Source: Vicinamibacteria bacterium
GTDB taxonomy: Bacteria; Acidobacteriota; Vicinamibacteria; Vicinamibacterales; JAENWD01
DNA: 64,000 bases
Assembly (NCBI GenBank): GCA_963796915.1
Contig: CAWCNI010000002.1
Location: 72,565-136,564, forward strand
Reading direction: 5' to 3'
Shown in pieces: positions 11,428 through 21,702 of the stretch. Position numbers and translations under genes: made by a program. The stretch's first letter is position 1. Each line of letters opens with the position of its first letter. Under the pieces are notes generated by a model. It did no database searches, was not told where the DNA came from, and saw only the letters and a list, made by a program, of their open reading frames with translations.

Positions 11428-11568
11428 AGTGCCTGCGAGGTTAGCTGTCGGGCTGGAGGTTGGAAGTCCTCCCCCGACGCCGCGATCACGGCGCCAGGTT
11501 AGCCCCGTGAGCGCCCGAAGGCGCTCGCTGGGTCCCCCGCTCCACGGCTGCGCCGTGGACTCGGCTAT
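11428..11568 (-). ncRNA. c-di-AMP (ydaO/yuaA) riboswitch
   Basis: Minus strand GCCGAGTCC...GGAGCGGGGGACCCA...GGGGCTAAC...CCCGACAGCTAACCTCGCAGGC matches recalled family blocks, directly 5' of a kimA-like gene. Confidence 0.88.
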
Positions 11569-11611
11569 CTGGACAGTGTAGCAGCAGGCCCGCGGCCCGC
11601 CAAAAACGGAG

Positions 11612-12400
11612 CTAGAACCCCAGGCCGGCCGACACCTTGAACGGCACCTTCTCCGTCTTCAGCCCCTGCCAGACATCGCAGACGACGATCACCGACTTCG
11701 CCTTCGTCTTGAGCTTGTAATCGAGCTCGCCGACGTCGTTGAAGTACCCCGACCCGACGCGGTCGCTTTCGATCTCGACGCCCTTGGCATCCACGAACTT
11801 CATCGTCTTGATGGTCTTGAGCGACGTCCGCGGGAGGTTGAACGTGACCGACGTGTCTTCGTCGCCGGCCTCCACCTTGCCGACGGTGAGCGTGATGGTC
11901 CCGACCTTCGCGGTCTTGCCCTCGACCAGTGGCACCGCCGCCGTCTTCACCGGCTTGCTGCCAGTGGCGCTGGTGACGGCCAGCGAGCCCTCGGCGTTGA
12001 TGACAGTCGCCCCGGCGGCAGGACGGACACCAAGGCGAATCTCCATCAGGCCCGCCGAGCCGTCTTTGACGATTTCCGGGAAGGGGCCGAAGCTCGCGTC
12101 TTCTCGCAGGTCGGTGCCCTTGTCGTCGGTGGCGGCGTCGATGGAGCTGGTGTCCTCGTCGAGATTCACGAGGCCGACGCCTTTGGGCACCTTGAGGATG
12201 AGCACCAGCGACGTGCCGGTCTTCTCGTTGTAGGGCCGCTGCTCGCTGCCGTTCTCGCCGATGCCTGGGCCGACGACGCGAAGGCCGGCAACGGAGATGG
12301 CGATCTTGCTCTGCGCATGCAGCGCGACGAGTGACGAGAACGCAACAGCAAGAGCGACGGCAGCTGCCGCGATGGCGCGGCTGGGGAGCAGTCGAGTCAT
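11612..12400 (-). CDS. Secreted hypothetical protein
   Basis: Signal peptide ending LHA-Q; coding-like codon usage; beta-rich. Confidence 0.75.
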   Translation of the reverse strand: MTRLLPSRAIAAAAVALAVAFSSLVALHAQSKIAISVAGLRVVGPGIGENGSEQRPYNEKTGTSLVLILKVPKGVGLVNLDEDTSSIDAATDDKGTDLREDASFGPFPEIVKDGSAGLMEIRLGVRPAAGATVINAEGSLAVTSATGSKPVKTAAVPLVEGKTAKVGTITLTVGKVEAGDEDTSVTFNLPRTSLKTIKTMKFVDAKGVEIESDRVGSGYFNDVGELDYKLKTKAKSVIVVCDVWQGLKTEKVPFKVSAGLGF

Positions 12401-12561
12401 AGGCGAAGGCCTCCGCAAGAGTCGGCGTAGGGTGTGCCAAGCCGTGCGCGAGCGTCAAGGGCGGCTGCGCCAGACCATGCAAACTCAGCCGACGAGGGTC
12501 CCAGCACGGAAGCTACTCCCTGTTGTGGCGAAGCCGCAGTTCGGATAGAGATCTATCCACC

Positions 12562-13445
12562 ATGCCGCGACTCGCCCTTGCCGTTCTCACCGTCGTCGTC
12601 CTGTCGCTCGCAATACCCGTCCTGGCGCAGGCGCCGCCCGAGATCGCACCCGCCGACGCCGCCGCAGCGCCAGAGAGCGTGACGTCTACCGCGAATGGCA
12701 CGCTCTATTTCGGCAGCATGGGCAAAGGTACGTGTACCGCGCGGCCGCGGGCGCGACGAAGGCCGACCCGTGGATCGACGGCGCGGCCAACCAGCTGACC
12801 TTCGTCCTCGGCGTGCTGGCCGACGAGAAGGCTGGGACGCTGTGGGTGTGCTCGAACAGGACTGAGCCGCGCGATGGCGTCCCCGCTACTGGCCAGGTGG
12901 CTCTGCACGCGTTCGACTTGAAAACCGGCAAACCGAAGGGCACGTATCCGTTCCCGAACGGCGGCCTCTGCAACGACATCGCCGTCGCTGCTGACGGATC
13001 GGCGTACCTCAGCGACACCACCCTCAACCGCATTCTCAGGCTGAAACCCGGCGCGGCGGCACTCGACGTCTGGGCTGCGGATCCGCTGCTCGCCGGCATC
13101 GACGGCCTGAGCTTCCTGGCCGACGGCGTGCTGTACGCGAACAGCTACACCACCAACAAGTTCGTCCGGGTTCCGGTCAAGGCGGACGGGACTGCGGGGC
13201 CGGTCGCCGAACTGCAGACCTCCGTGCCCTTCGTGCATCCCGACGGCTTGCGTACCGTGGGACCGAACACGTTGTTGCAGGCGGAAGGTCAGGGCAAGCT
13301 GACAGAAATCACCATCGACGGCGGTCAGGCCAGGGTGCGCGTGCTGAAAGAAGGACTGAAGGACGCCACCGCCGTCACGCTCGTCGGCGCCGACGCAGTC
13401 GTTCTCTTCGAAACCCGCGCCGCCGTCCCCGTCAAATACCACTGA
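12562..13445 (+). CDS. Secreted SMP-30/gluconolactonase-like beta-propeller; one base missing at ~12731
   Basis: Signal peptide ORF joins 12732-13445 as GSMGKGTVYRA if one G is restored; CNDIAVAADG, GIDGLSF, HPDGL motifs. Confidence 0.8.
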
Positions 13446-13492
13446 CCAGCCAACCAAGCCCGGACACGCTCTCTCACCACGGCAGGAGACCC

Positions 13493-14710
13493 ATGCGGAC
13501 ACTGATCGGCGCAGCGCTGCTTCTCACACTCGTACCGGCCGCCGCGGGGGCCCAGGTCAACGTCGGCCTCAAGAAGCCGGAAGCGAGCCTGCCCTTCAAG
13601 GTGACGCAAGTCGCGACGTTCAAGCTGCCGTGGCGCATCGCCTTCCTGCCCGACGGGCGGATGCTGATCACGGAGAAGGTCGGGCCCATGTGGCTCGTGA
13701 CGCAGCAGGGCGCGAAGATGCCGGTCGCCAACGTGCCTGCCGTCCTCTACCACGACCAGGGCGGCATGCTCGGCGTGTTCCTGTCGCCGCAGTACGCGAC
13801 GGACCACTTCGTGTATCTCACCTACGCAGAGCCAGGCGACGGCGGGTCGAGCCTCGCCCTGGCCCGCGCGCATCTGACGCTGGGCGAGAACTCGGCGAGT
13901 CTGGAAGACCTGCAGGTGATCTGGCGGCAGATGCCCAAGGGCGACGGCGGACAGTTCGGCGCGCAGATTGCCTTCTCACCTGACGGTCAGCTTCTGTACC
14001 TGGCGGTTGGCGAACGCCAGCGCATGACGCCGGCGCAGGATCCGGATCAAGCGCTCGGCAAGATCCTGCGGCTGACGCTCGACGGCAAGCCGGCGCCAGG
14101 CAATCCCATGGAGGGCAAGACCGGCGCGCCAAGCGTCCCGCTCATCGCTCCGCCGAGCGACACGGAAGCCGCGAAGACGGCGCCGGTGGTCAGCACCTAC
14201 ACGTTCCCGACGCCGAACCTCGCGCCGGCCGAGACCTGGTCAACCGGCCACCGGAACCCGTATGGCCTGGCCTTCGCCCCCGACGGGCGCCTCTGGGAAC
14301 TCGAACACGGCCCGCTCGGCGGCGACGAGCTGAACTTGATCGAACCGGGCAAGAACTACGGGTGGCCGCTCGTCTCGTACGGCATGAACTACAACGGCGT
14401 CGCGATCCCGTCGCCCGACACGCGCCCCGACCTGGCCAAGCCGGCGCTCTACTGGGTGCCCGTCGTCGCGCCGGGGAGCCTGATGTTCTATCACGGCGAC
14501 ATGTTCCCGCAGTGGAAGGGATCCGCCTTCATCGCCGGCATGAATCAGACGCTGAATCGGGTCACGTTCGACGCCAACGGCGGCGCCACCGCGGCCGAGC
14601 GCTGGAACATGGGCCGCCGCATCCGCGACGTCGAAGAAGCGCCGGACGGCGCGCTGTGGCTGCTGCAGGACTCGGAAAGTGGAGGGCTGTTCCGCGTCAC
14701 GCCGAAGTAG
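13493..14710 (+). CDS. PQQ-dependent soluble aldose/glucose dehydrogenase (GSDH family)
   Basis: PWRIAFLPDG, GQFGAQIAF, GHRNPYG, DELNLIEPGKNYGWP, RIRDV. Confidence 0.92.
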   Translation: MRTLIGAALLLTLVPAAAGAQVNVGLKKPEASLPFKVTQVATFKLPWRIAFLPDGRMLITEKVGPMWLVTQQGAKMPVANVPAVLYHDQGGMLGVFLSPQYATDHFVYLTYAEPGDGGSSLALARAHLTLGENSASLEDLQVIWRQMPKGDGGQFGAQIAFSPDGQLLYLAVGERQRMTPAQDPDQALGKILRLTLDGKPAPGNPMEGKTGAPSVPLIAPPSDTEAAKTAPVVSTYTFPTPNLAPAETWSTGHRNPYGLAFAPDGRLWELEHGPLGGDELNLIEPGKNYGWPLVSYGMNYNGVAIPSPDTRPDLAKPALYWVPVVAPGSLMFYHGDMFPQWKGSAFIAGMNQTLNRVTFDANGGATAAERWNMGRRIRDVEEAPDGALWLLQDSESGGLFRVTPK

Positions 14711-14789
14711 GGATCAACGACATCCACCAGCCGGCTTCTGTTCTGGCAATAGGCGGGTCAGTCGGGCAGAATGAAAGGGCGATCCGCAC

Positions 14790-14879
14790 GGAGAGGTGGC
14801 CGAGTGGTTTAAGGCGGCGGTCTTGAAAACCGTTGAAGTCGAAAGGCTTCCAGGGGTTCGAATCCCTTCCTCTCCGCCA
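14790..14879 (+). tRNA. tRNA-Ser (anticodon TGA), long variable arm, encoded CCA
   Basis: Acceptor GGAGAGG/CCTCTCC, loop CTTGAAA, GGTTCGAATCC, GCCA end. Confidence 0.95.
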
Positions 14880-14918
14880 ACCGCTCGCTGCGCTCGCTGC
14901 TACGGTTGGCAGACCGCG

Positions 14919-17453
14919 TCAGTCGTGACGTAGCGTGACGATGGGGTCCACGTTCAGGGCGCGGCGCGTCGGCCCCCACGACGCCACCAGCGCCGTCACC
15001 GCGAAGACCACTGCCACCGCGATGAAGACTGCTGGATCGGTCGGCGCGAGTCCGGGAACGAGAAACATCGCAAGCGGCTGCATCACCAGATACGCCGCCA
15101 GCAGGCCGAGCACCGATCCCGCTCCGACGAGGCGCGCCGCGTCGCCCAGGACGAAACCGGAGATGTCCCGTCGCGACGCGCCGACGGCAACACGGAGCGC
15201 GATCTCCGGCATCCGCCGCGCCACTGAGTACGCCATCGTGCCGTAGAGCCCGATCGCGGCGAGGACCAGCCCCAGCACGCCAATCGAGCCGAGCAACACC
15301 GCGCCCACCTGGCTGGGCAGCAGCGCAAACCCGATGCTCGACGCCATTGTCGCGACCTCGGTCCCCGCGTCCGGCTCCGCCTCGCGGAGCGCCAGGCGCA
15401 CGCTCTCGAGCGCCGCGGCCGGTGGCACCGACAGCCGCACCACCGCCTGCAGCCGGCGACGATCGTTGTGAATCTGCGCCAGCGGCTCGAACCACTGCGC
15501 CTCGTCCTCTTCGGCGAGCGACATGTTCTTCGTGTCCTCGACGACGCCGACGATGGTCAGAGGCGCCAGCGCGCCGTCCCGCAACACCGTGACGCCGAGC
15601 GGCGGCCGCCCTCCGAAGTACTTCGACACGAATGACCGGTTGACGATGGCCACCGGCAGCTGGCCGCGGTCGGCGCCGCTGAACGCCCGGCCCTCCAGCA
15701 CCGGGATGTCCATCGCATGGAAATAGTCCGGCGTCACTGCGTTCCAGTGGAAACGCAGATGCACTTTCTCTGCTCGATCGCTCAGTGTCGCGCTGCCACC
15801 GTAGGTGTTGCCGTCGATGAACGGCATCACGCGCGCCATGGCTGCGCTCTCGACGCCAGGCACCGATCTCACGGCCAGCAGCGCGCGATCGACGTAGGCG
15901 TTGATGGCGCCGGACGTGCCGTACGTCGCGACCGGCAGGTTGATCTCCGCATGAAGCGTCCGGGCGCTGTCGAAGCCGGGGCTCATGCCGTTTGACGCGA
16001 TGAGATTCCGCACGAACAGGAACGCTGTGGCCACGACGATCGCCGAGCCGGCGACCTGCGCGACGACGAGCGTTTTTCTCAGGCGTAGACGTGTGCCCCG
16101 TCCCAGATCGGGCGCGATCGATTCCCTGACCGACTGCCAGGCGGGCAGGACGCCGGCGGTGAGCGCGGCGATCGCCGTCAGGAGGAGTGCGTAGGAGACG
16201 ATGCGCCAGTCTGGCTGGACGTGGAGCCGGAGGGGGACGGGGAGCGGCAGCGCGAGACTGCCCAGGACGCTCGCCGTCACCTGCGCGAGCGCGAGGCCGG
16301 CGATCCCGCCGGCGACGGCAAGCAGCAGGCTTTCCACAGTCAGCTGCTGCAGCAGGCGGCCGCGGCTGGCGCCCAGTGAGAGCCGAATCGCCAGCTCACG
16401 GCGCCTGGTCGTGGCGCGCGCCAGCAGCAGCCCGGCGACATTGACGCAGGCGACGAGCAGCACCAGGCCGACGGCGATCAGGAGCAGGAGGAAGAACAGG
16501 CCCAGGGTCATGGCGGTGTGCTCGGTGCGCAACCGCTCGAAGCCGGCGAGCGGGAACACCCGGGCCGGCGCCTTCGGGTCCCACGCGTCGGGATGCACAC
16601 GGCTGAGCTCTTCGACGACTGGCTGGAGGCGCAGGCCCGCTTCAGCGATCGTCATCCCGGGCTGGAGGCGCGCATAGGCCTGCAGGATAGTGTCCGGCAC
16701 GAACGTCGGAAGGTAGACGTCCGGCGTGAAGCCGAAGCCGATGAGCGTGCGGTGCGCCGGGGTCAGGACGCCGACCACCGTGTGCGGCTTCCCCTCGAGC
16801 GAGATCGTGCGCCCGACGATCGAGGGATCGGCGTTGAGCCGCGTGCGCCAGAATCTGTGGCCGAGCACGACGACGGTGTCGGGGTCCGAGGGCAGGATGC
16901 CGCGTCCGAGCGCCACCGGGATGCCCAGCGTCGCGAAGTAATTCTTCGTCGTCGCGACGGCGAACAGCCGGTGGGTCTCGCGGCCGTCGTTCCAGTTGAC
17001 GAAGACCTCGTTGTTGTCGCCGACGACGTCCTTGAACACGCCGCTCTGGCCGATGAACTCCAGCGCCTCGGGGCGGATGTGGCTGTTGTCGGCAAGCCGC
17101 ACGGCCGCCACAGACGACGCACCGGTGACGCTGGGCTCGCTGAGCAGGAACTCAACGCCGAGAGAGAAGATCGTGGTGTTGACGCCGATGCCGAGGCCGA
17201 GCGAGAGGAGCGCGCTGCCGAGCAGCGCCGGGCTGCGCAGCAGGCCGCGGACGCCATAGACGACATCGCGCCAGAGGTTCTCGATGGTGGTGAATCGCCA
17301 GAGGTCCAGCGCTTCCTCGGTTATGCGCGTCTCGTTGCCGAGGGCGACCGGGTTGCCGTGCGCTGCAGCAAGCTCGCGGTGCAGGGCGAGCTCGGCTTCG
17401 AGATCCTGATGGAGACGGCGGCGGTGCAGGAGCTTCCTGAAAAAGCGCATCAT
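14919..17453 (-). CDS. Acidobacterial duplicated orphan permease (ADOP; MacB/FtsX-like)
   Basis: LEAELALH N-terminus, LVLLVACVNVAGLLL, RLSLGASRGRL, second FtsX repeat GLYGTMAYSVARR. Confidence 0.92.
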   Translation of the reverse strand: MMRFFRKLLHRRRLHQDLEAELALHRELAAAHGNPVALGNETRITEEALDLWRFTTIENLWRDVVYGVRGLLRSPALLGSALLSLGLGIGVNTTIFSLGVEFLLSEPSVTGASSVAAVRLADNSHIRPEALEFIGQSGVFKDVVGDNNEVFVNWNDGRETHRLFAVATTKNYFATLGIPVALGRGILPSDPDTVVVLGHRFWRTRLNADPSIVGRTISLEGKPHTVVGVLTPAHRTLIGFGFTPDVYLPTFVPDTILQAYARLQPGMTIAEAGLRLQPVVEELSRVHPDAWDPKAPARVFPLAGFERLRTEHTAMTLGLFFLLLLIAVGLVLLVACVNVAGLLLARATTRRRELAIRLSLGASRGRLLQQLTVESLLLAVAGGIAGLALAQVTASVLGSLALPLPVPLRLHVQPDWRIVSYALLLTAIAALTAGVLPAWQSVRESIAPDLGRGTRLRLRKTLVVAQVAGSAIVVATAFLFVRNLIASNGMSPGFDSARTLHAEINLPVATYGTSGAINAYVDRALLAVRSVPGVESAAMARVMPFIDGNTYGGSATLSDRAEKVHLRFHWNAVTPDYFHAMDIPVLEGRAFSGADRGQLPVAIVNRSFVSKYFGGRPPLGVTVLRDGALAPLTIVGVVEDTKNMSLAEEDEAQWFEPLAQIHNDRRRLQAVVRLSVPPAAALESVRLALREAEPDAGTEVATMASSIGFALLPSQVGAVLLGSIGVLGLVLAAIGLYGTMAYSVARRMPEIALRVAVGASRRDISGFVLGDAARLVGAGSVLGLLAAYLVMQPLAMFLVPGLAPTDPAVFIAVAVVFAVTALVASWGPTRRALNVDPIVTLRHD

Positions 17454-17457
17454 CGCC

Positions 17458-17790
17458 TCAGCGCGCGAGCACGCGGTGGACGGCGGCGGAGAGGCGGCTC
17501 CAGCTGTTTTCTTGCGAGGTGAGCAGCTTCTTCCCCTTCGCCGTCAGGCTGTAGTACTTCGCTTTCCGGTTGTTCTCGGAGACGCCCCATTTGGCGCTGA
17601 TCGCGCCGTCGAGCTCGAGGCGGTAGAGCGCGGGGTAGAGCGAGCCCTCTTCGACCTTCAGCACCTGATCGGAGAGCAGGTGGATCGTCTGGGCGATGGC
17701 GTAGCCGTGGAGTGCTCCGCGCTGGAGGGCGTGGAGGACGAGCAGGTCGAGGGTGCCCTGGAGCAGGGCGGCGGAGTCGGCGCGGGCCAT
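17458..17790 (-). CDS. PadR-family regulator, acidobacterial type
   Basis: LLQGTLDLLVL, HGYAI, GSLYPALYRLE, WGVSENNRKAKYY. Confidence 0.95.
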   Translation of the reverse strand: MARADSAALLQGTLDLLVLHALQRGALHGYAIAQTIHLLSDQVLKVEEGSLYPALYRLELDGAISAKWGVSENNRKAKYYSLTAKGKKLLTSQENSWSRLSAAVHRVLAR

Positions 17791-17800
17791 GTGCCTCCTA

Positions 17801-17844
17801 TGACGATCTAGGGGAAGGATATGTTCATTCCCCTAGATCGTCAA
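17801..17844 (-). promoter_or_regulatory. Sigma70-type promoter embedded in a perfect 16-bp inverted repeat (likely PadR operator)
   Basis: Minus strand TTGACG-N17-TATCCT; arms TGACGATCTAGGGGAA (17801-17816) and TTCCCCTAGATCGTCA (17828-17843). Confidence 0.75.
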
Positions 17845-18011
17845 GGGAGAGCAGGGAAGGCGCGCCGCAGCGGCGTGTGCTCCTCGAACAGGCGGGTGGG
17901 CCAGCGCCGGCGCGTTGGAAGCGCTCACAAGAGACATAAACGCCCGCGAACGGAAAAAGTCTCAGCGCAGGCTTGCCGCGCCGCCCCGGACCCGTCAGGA
18001 TGGTCGGGCCG

Positions 18012-18605
18012 ATGGACCACCGCATCCTCGATCTGCTGATTCAGTACGGCCCCATCGTGCTGTTTGCGGCACAGATGTTCGGGATCTTCGGCCTGCCGAT
18101 CCCCGACGAGCTGCTGATGACAGTGGCCGGCGCGCTCATCTGGCATGGCCGCCTGGACCCGATTCCAACTGTCATTGCCGCCCTGACCGGCTGCATGACC
18201 GGCATCACGCTGAGCTACGTCCTCGGCCGGACCGTCGGTCCCACGGTCACGCGGCGGTTCGTCCGCTTCTCGGACCTCGCCTTCGACCGCGCCCAACGCT
18301 GGTTCAAGCGCTTTGGCTGTCCGCTGCTGATGTTCGGCTATTTCATTCCAGGCGTGCGACATTGCACCGCAATCGCCGCCGGCATCACGCCCATCAGCTA
18401 CCAGCGATTCGCCGCCTTCGCGTATACGGGAGCCGTGCTCTGGTGCTCCACCTTCATCGGCCTGGGCTACCTGGCCGGCGATCGCTGGCCGGCAGTGTTC
18501 GAGCAGGCCAAGCACGTGGCGCCCATCGCTGCGATCCCGATTGCCATCGCCGCGGTCGCCATTCTGTACCTGCGGTCCCGCCGCCGCCGATCGAACCCGC
18601 TGTAG
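18012..18605 (+). CDS. DedA family membrane protein
   Basis: GIFGLPIPDELL, GYFIPGVRH. Confidence 0.9.
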   Translation: MDHRILDLLIQYGPIVLFAAQMFGIFGLPIPDELLMTVAGALIWHGRLDPIPTVIAALTGCMTGITLSYVLGRTVGPTVTRRFVRFSDLAFDRAQRWFKRFGCPLLMFGYFIPGVRHCTAIAAGITPISYQRFAAFAYTGAVLWCSTFIGLGYLAGDRWPAVFEQAKHVAPIAAIPIAIAAVAILYLRSRRRRSNPL

Positions 18606-18629
18606 GACGGGCGACTTCGAGGATCCCAG

Positions 18630-20252
18630 ATGCTGCTGCGACGAGCCGTTCCCTACGACGCCGTCATCGTCGGTTCGGGCCCTGCCGGAAGCATTGCCGC
18701 GCGCGAGCTGACGCGCGCCGGTGCCACTGTCCTCCTGCTCGAAGGAGGGCGGGCGACGACGCCGGCGGACTTCTCCGCCCACCGGTGGCCGTACGAGTTC
18801 ACGCATCGCGGCGACTGGAGCGAGCGCCAGGGCGCGTTCTATCCCGACGATGTCGGCGACGTGCAACAGGACGGCGATCGCGTGTCCGTCGATCGCATCC
18901 GCGTGCTCGGCGGCCGAAGCCTGCACTGGAACGCCGTCACGCTCCGCTTCTCGGAAGACGACTTCCGTGAAGGCTCGCTCCACGGCCTGGAGCCGGACTG
19001 GCCGCTGACCTATCAGGAGCTGGCGCCGTTCTACAGCGAGGTCGAGCGCCTGATTGGCGTCGTCGGGACGAAGGAAGGTTTGTCGCAGCTGCCCGACGGC
19101 GACTTCTATGCGCCGCCGCCGGCACTGCGGTGCGCCGAGCAGCTGGGGCGCAAGGCGTGTCGAGCGCTCGGCATTCCGTACATCCCGGTGCGAAAGGCAC
19201 TCCGCGTCGGCTCGCCGACAGCGACGCGCATGCCCTGCCACTACTGTCACCACTGCATGGACGGCTGCGAGGTCGGGGCGATTGCCACCGCGGTCAACGC
19301 CATCCTGCCCGACGCGCTGGCCACCGGAAAGCTGACGCTGCGCACCAACGCGCTCGTGCGGACTGTCGACGTGAGTCGCGACGGCCGCGCCACCGGCGTC
19401 TCCTTTGTCGACCGTGTCACCGGTCGCGACCACTCGGTGTCCGCCGGCGTCGTGATCCTCGGGTGCGGCGCCGTCGAAACGCCGCGGTTGCTGCTCAACT
19501 CGGCGACGCCATCGCATCCGAACGGGCTCGGCAACTCGAGCGACGCCGTCGGCCGCTATCTGACCGGCCACACGCAGCTCAACATGCACGGGTATCTCGA
19601 GCCGCTGGTCGGGTTCGATCTGTCGAACCAGGAAGGCGCGACCGATCACTCGATCATTCCCCGCTTCAATCACCTGCGCGGGCGGACGGACTACGTCGGC
19701 GGATTCTTCGCCCAGGTGATGTACGACACGTTCGACTACCCGCATCACGCCACCCGCGTGCCGGGGTTTGGCGCGGCGTGGAAGCGGCGCGTCTCGCAGC
19801 TGCAGCCGGCGATGTTTCAGATGGGCGGAATGGCCAAGGTGCTCGGCCGGCGAGAGAACCGCGTCCAAATCGATCGCGGACGCACCGATGCGCACGGGAT
19901 CCCACTGCCGGCAATTTCGTTTCGCTACGGCGACAACGATCGGGCGATCTGGAACGACATGTCGTCGTCGCTCGAGGAGATCTTCCACAAGGCCGGGAGC
20001 GTGCTGTTCTTCAAGGAAGACTGGATGAACGGCTTCGCGAGCCACGAGACCGGCACGTGCCGGATGGGCGCCGATCCGAAGACGAGCGTGCTCGATGCCC
20101 ACGGCCGGTCGCACGACGTGCCGAACCTGTTCGTGGTGGATGGCAGCGCGTTTCCGTCGTTCCCGGAGAAGAACCCGACGCTGACGATCATGGCGCTCTC
20201 GATGCGCGCGGGGCGGCACATCGCCGAGGCGCGCAGGAGGGGAGAGCTGTAG
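18630..20252 (+). CDS. GMC-family FAD oxidoreductase
   Basis: VIVGSGPAG, LGGRSLHWNA, HETGTCRMG, KNPTLTIMAL. Confidence 0.92.
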   Translation: MLLRRAVPYDAVIVGSGPAGSIAARELTRAGATVLLLEGGRATTPADFSAHRWPYEFTHRGDWSERQGAFYPDDVGDVQQDGDRVSVDRIRVLGGRSLHWNAVTLRFSEDDFREGSLHGLEPDWPLTYQELAPFYSEVERLIGVVGTKEGLSQLPDGDFYAPPPALRCAEQLGRKACRALGIPYIPVRKALRVGSPTATRMPCHYCHHCMDGCEVGAIATAVNAILPDALATGKLTLRTNALVRTVDVSRDGRATGVSFVDRVTGRDHSVSAGVVILGCGAVETPRLLLNSATPSHPNGLGNSSDAVGRYLTGHTQLNMHGYLEPLVGFDLSNQEGATDHSIIPRFNHLRGRTDYVGGFFAQVMYDTFDYPHHATRVPGFGAAWKRRVSQLQPAMFQMGGMAKVLGRRENRVQIDRGRTDAHGIPLPAISFRYGDNDRAIWNDMSSSLEEIFHKAGSVLFFKEDWMNGFASHETGTCRMGADPKTSVLDAHGRSHDVPNLFVVDGSAFPSFPEKNPTLTIMALSMRAGRHIAEARRRGEL

Positions 20253-20320
20253 CTGGCAGCGGGCAGCGGGCAGTAGGCAGTAGGCAGTAGGCCAGAGGTC
20301 AGCTGCCCGCCGCCTGCTAC
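20249..20320. repeat. Heptamer repeat hairpin between convergent genes
   Basis: GTAGCTG (GCAGCGG)2 (GCAGTAG)3 ... CCGCCGC CTGCTAC. Confidence 0.7.
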
Positions 20321-20325
20321 AGGTT

Positions 20326-21609
20326 CTAAGCCTTCGTAATGACGTCCGTCCCCACGTACGGGCGCAGCACGTCCGGGACGACGATCGACCCGTCAGCCTG
20401 CTGGTAGTTCTCCATGATGGCGATGAGCGTGCGGCCGACAGCCAGCGCGGATCCGTTCAGCGTGTGGACGAACTCGGTCTTGCCCGCGCCGGCGGGGCGG
20501 AACTTGATCCCGGCGCGACGCGCCTGAAACGCTTCGGTGTTGCTGCAGGACGAGATCTCGCGGTACGTCTTCTGGCTCGGCAGCCACACTTCGATGTCGT
20601 AGGTCTTGGCCGACGCGAAGCCCATGTCGCCCGTACACAACAGCATCGTCCGGTAGGGCAGGCCAAGGAGCTGGAGCACGCGTTCCGCGTTGCCGGTCAG
20701 CCGTTCGAGCTCGGCATAGCTCTGGTCGGGCGCGCAGAACGACATCAGCTCCACTTTGTCGAACTGATGCTGCCGGATCAGCCCGCGCACGTCGGCGCCG
20801 TACGATCCCGCTTCGCTCCGGAAGCACGGCGTGTACGCCGTGTAGCGCAGCGGCAGCGTGCGGCCGTCAAGGATCTCGCCGCGATACAGGTTGGTCAGCG
20901 GCACCTCGGCCGTGGGGATCAGATAAAGGTCCCAGTCGCCCGCGATCTTGAAGAGGTCCTGCTCGAACTTCGGCAGGTTGCCGGTGCCGGTCAGCGACGC
21001 CGTGTTGGCCATGAACGGCGGCTCGACTTCGAGATACCCGTGCTCCCGCGTGTGCAGGTCGAGCATGAAGTTGATCAGGGCGCGCGCCAGCCGGGCGCCG
21101 CCGCCGAGCAACACCGTGAATCGTGCGCCGGCGATCTTGGTGCCGCGCTCGAAGTCCAGGATCCCGAGCGCCGGGCCCAGGTCCCAGTGCGGTTTCGGCT
21201 CGAAGGCAAACGCCGTCTGCTCGCCGACCCGGCGCACTTCCTTGTTGTCGTCCGCACTTCGGCCGACCGGCACGTCCGCGTGCGGCACGTTCGGGATCAC
21301 CAGGAGCAGCTGGCGGCGCTCGTCCTCGAGTGCCTGAAGCGCGGCGTCCTTCTCCTTCACGTGCTGTCCGCGGGCCCGGTTGGCCTCGACGAGCGCCGAG
21401 ACGTCTTCGCCGGCCTTCTTCCGGCGGCCGACTTCCTCGGCGGCGACGTTCTGTTCGCGCTTGAGTGTCTCGACCTCGAGGATCAGGGCGCGGCGCCGTT
21501 CCTCGATCGGGGCGAGCGGCGCCAGCAGCGCGTCGGCGTCAGCGCCGCGGTGACCGAGCGCTGTCCGGACGAGGTCGAGGCGGTCTTTGAAAAGGGCAGG
21601 ATCGAGCAT
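20326..21609 (-). CDS. serS: Serine--tRNA ligase
   Basis: [47 protein letters not shown]; start at MLDP. Confidence 0.97.
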   Translation of the reverse strand: MLDPALFKDRLDLVRTALGHRGADADALLAPLAPIEERRRALILEVETLKREQNVAAEEVGRRKKAGEDVSALVEANRARGQHVKEKDAALQALEDERRQLLLVIPNVPHADVPVGRSADDNKEVRRVGEQTAFAFEPKPHWDLGPALGILDFERGTKIAGARFTVLLGGGARLARALINFMLDLHTREHGYLEVEPPFMANTASLTGTGNLPKFEQDLFKIAGDWDLYLIPTAEVPLTNLYRGEILDGRTLPLRYTAYTPCFRSEAGSYGADVRGLIRQHQFDKVELMSFCAPDQSYAELERLTGNAERVLQLLGLPYRTMLLCTGDMGFASAKTYDIEVWLPSQKTYREISSCSNTEAFQARRAGIKFRPAGAGKTEFVHTLNGSALAVGRTLIAIMENYQQADGSIVVPDVLRPYVGTDVITKA

Positions 21610-21702
21610 TGACAACGGAGATCCTATACTAGGGCGACGGCGCAACTGAAGTTGCGCCGGGCGATCGCCGTGGTGTCGGCCGATAGTCCCGGAGGGGTTC
21701 GC

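Noticed and set aside
14790..14879. tRNA-Sec, or an integration site for an island
   Set aside because: Anticodon is TGA (Ser) with a 7-bp acceptor stem; no integrase or duplicated tRNA 3' end seen
21609..21630. TTGACA...TATACT promoter for galU
   Set aside because: Hexamers are only 10 nt apart, so they cannot form one sigma70 promoter
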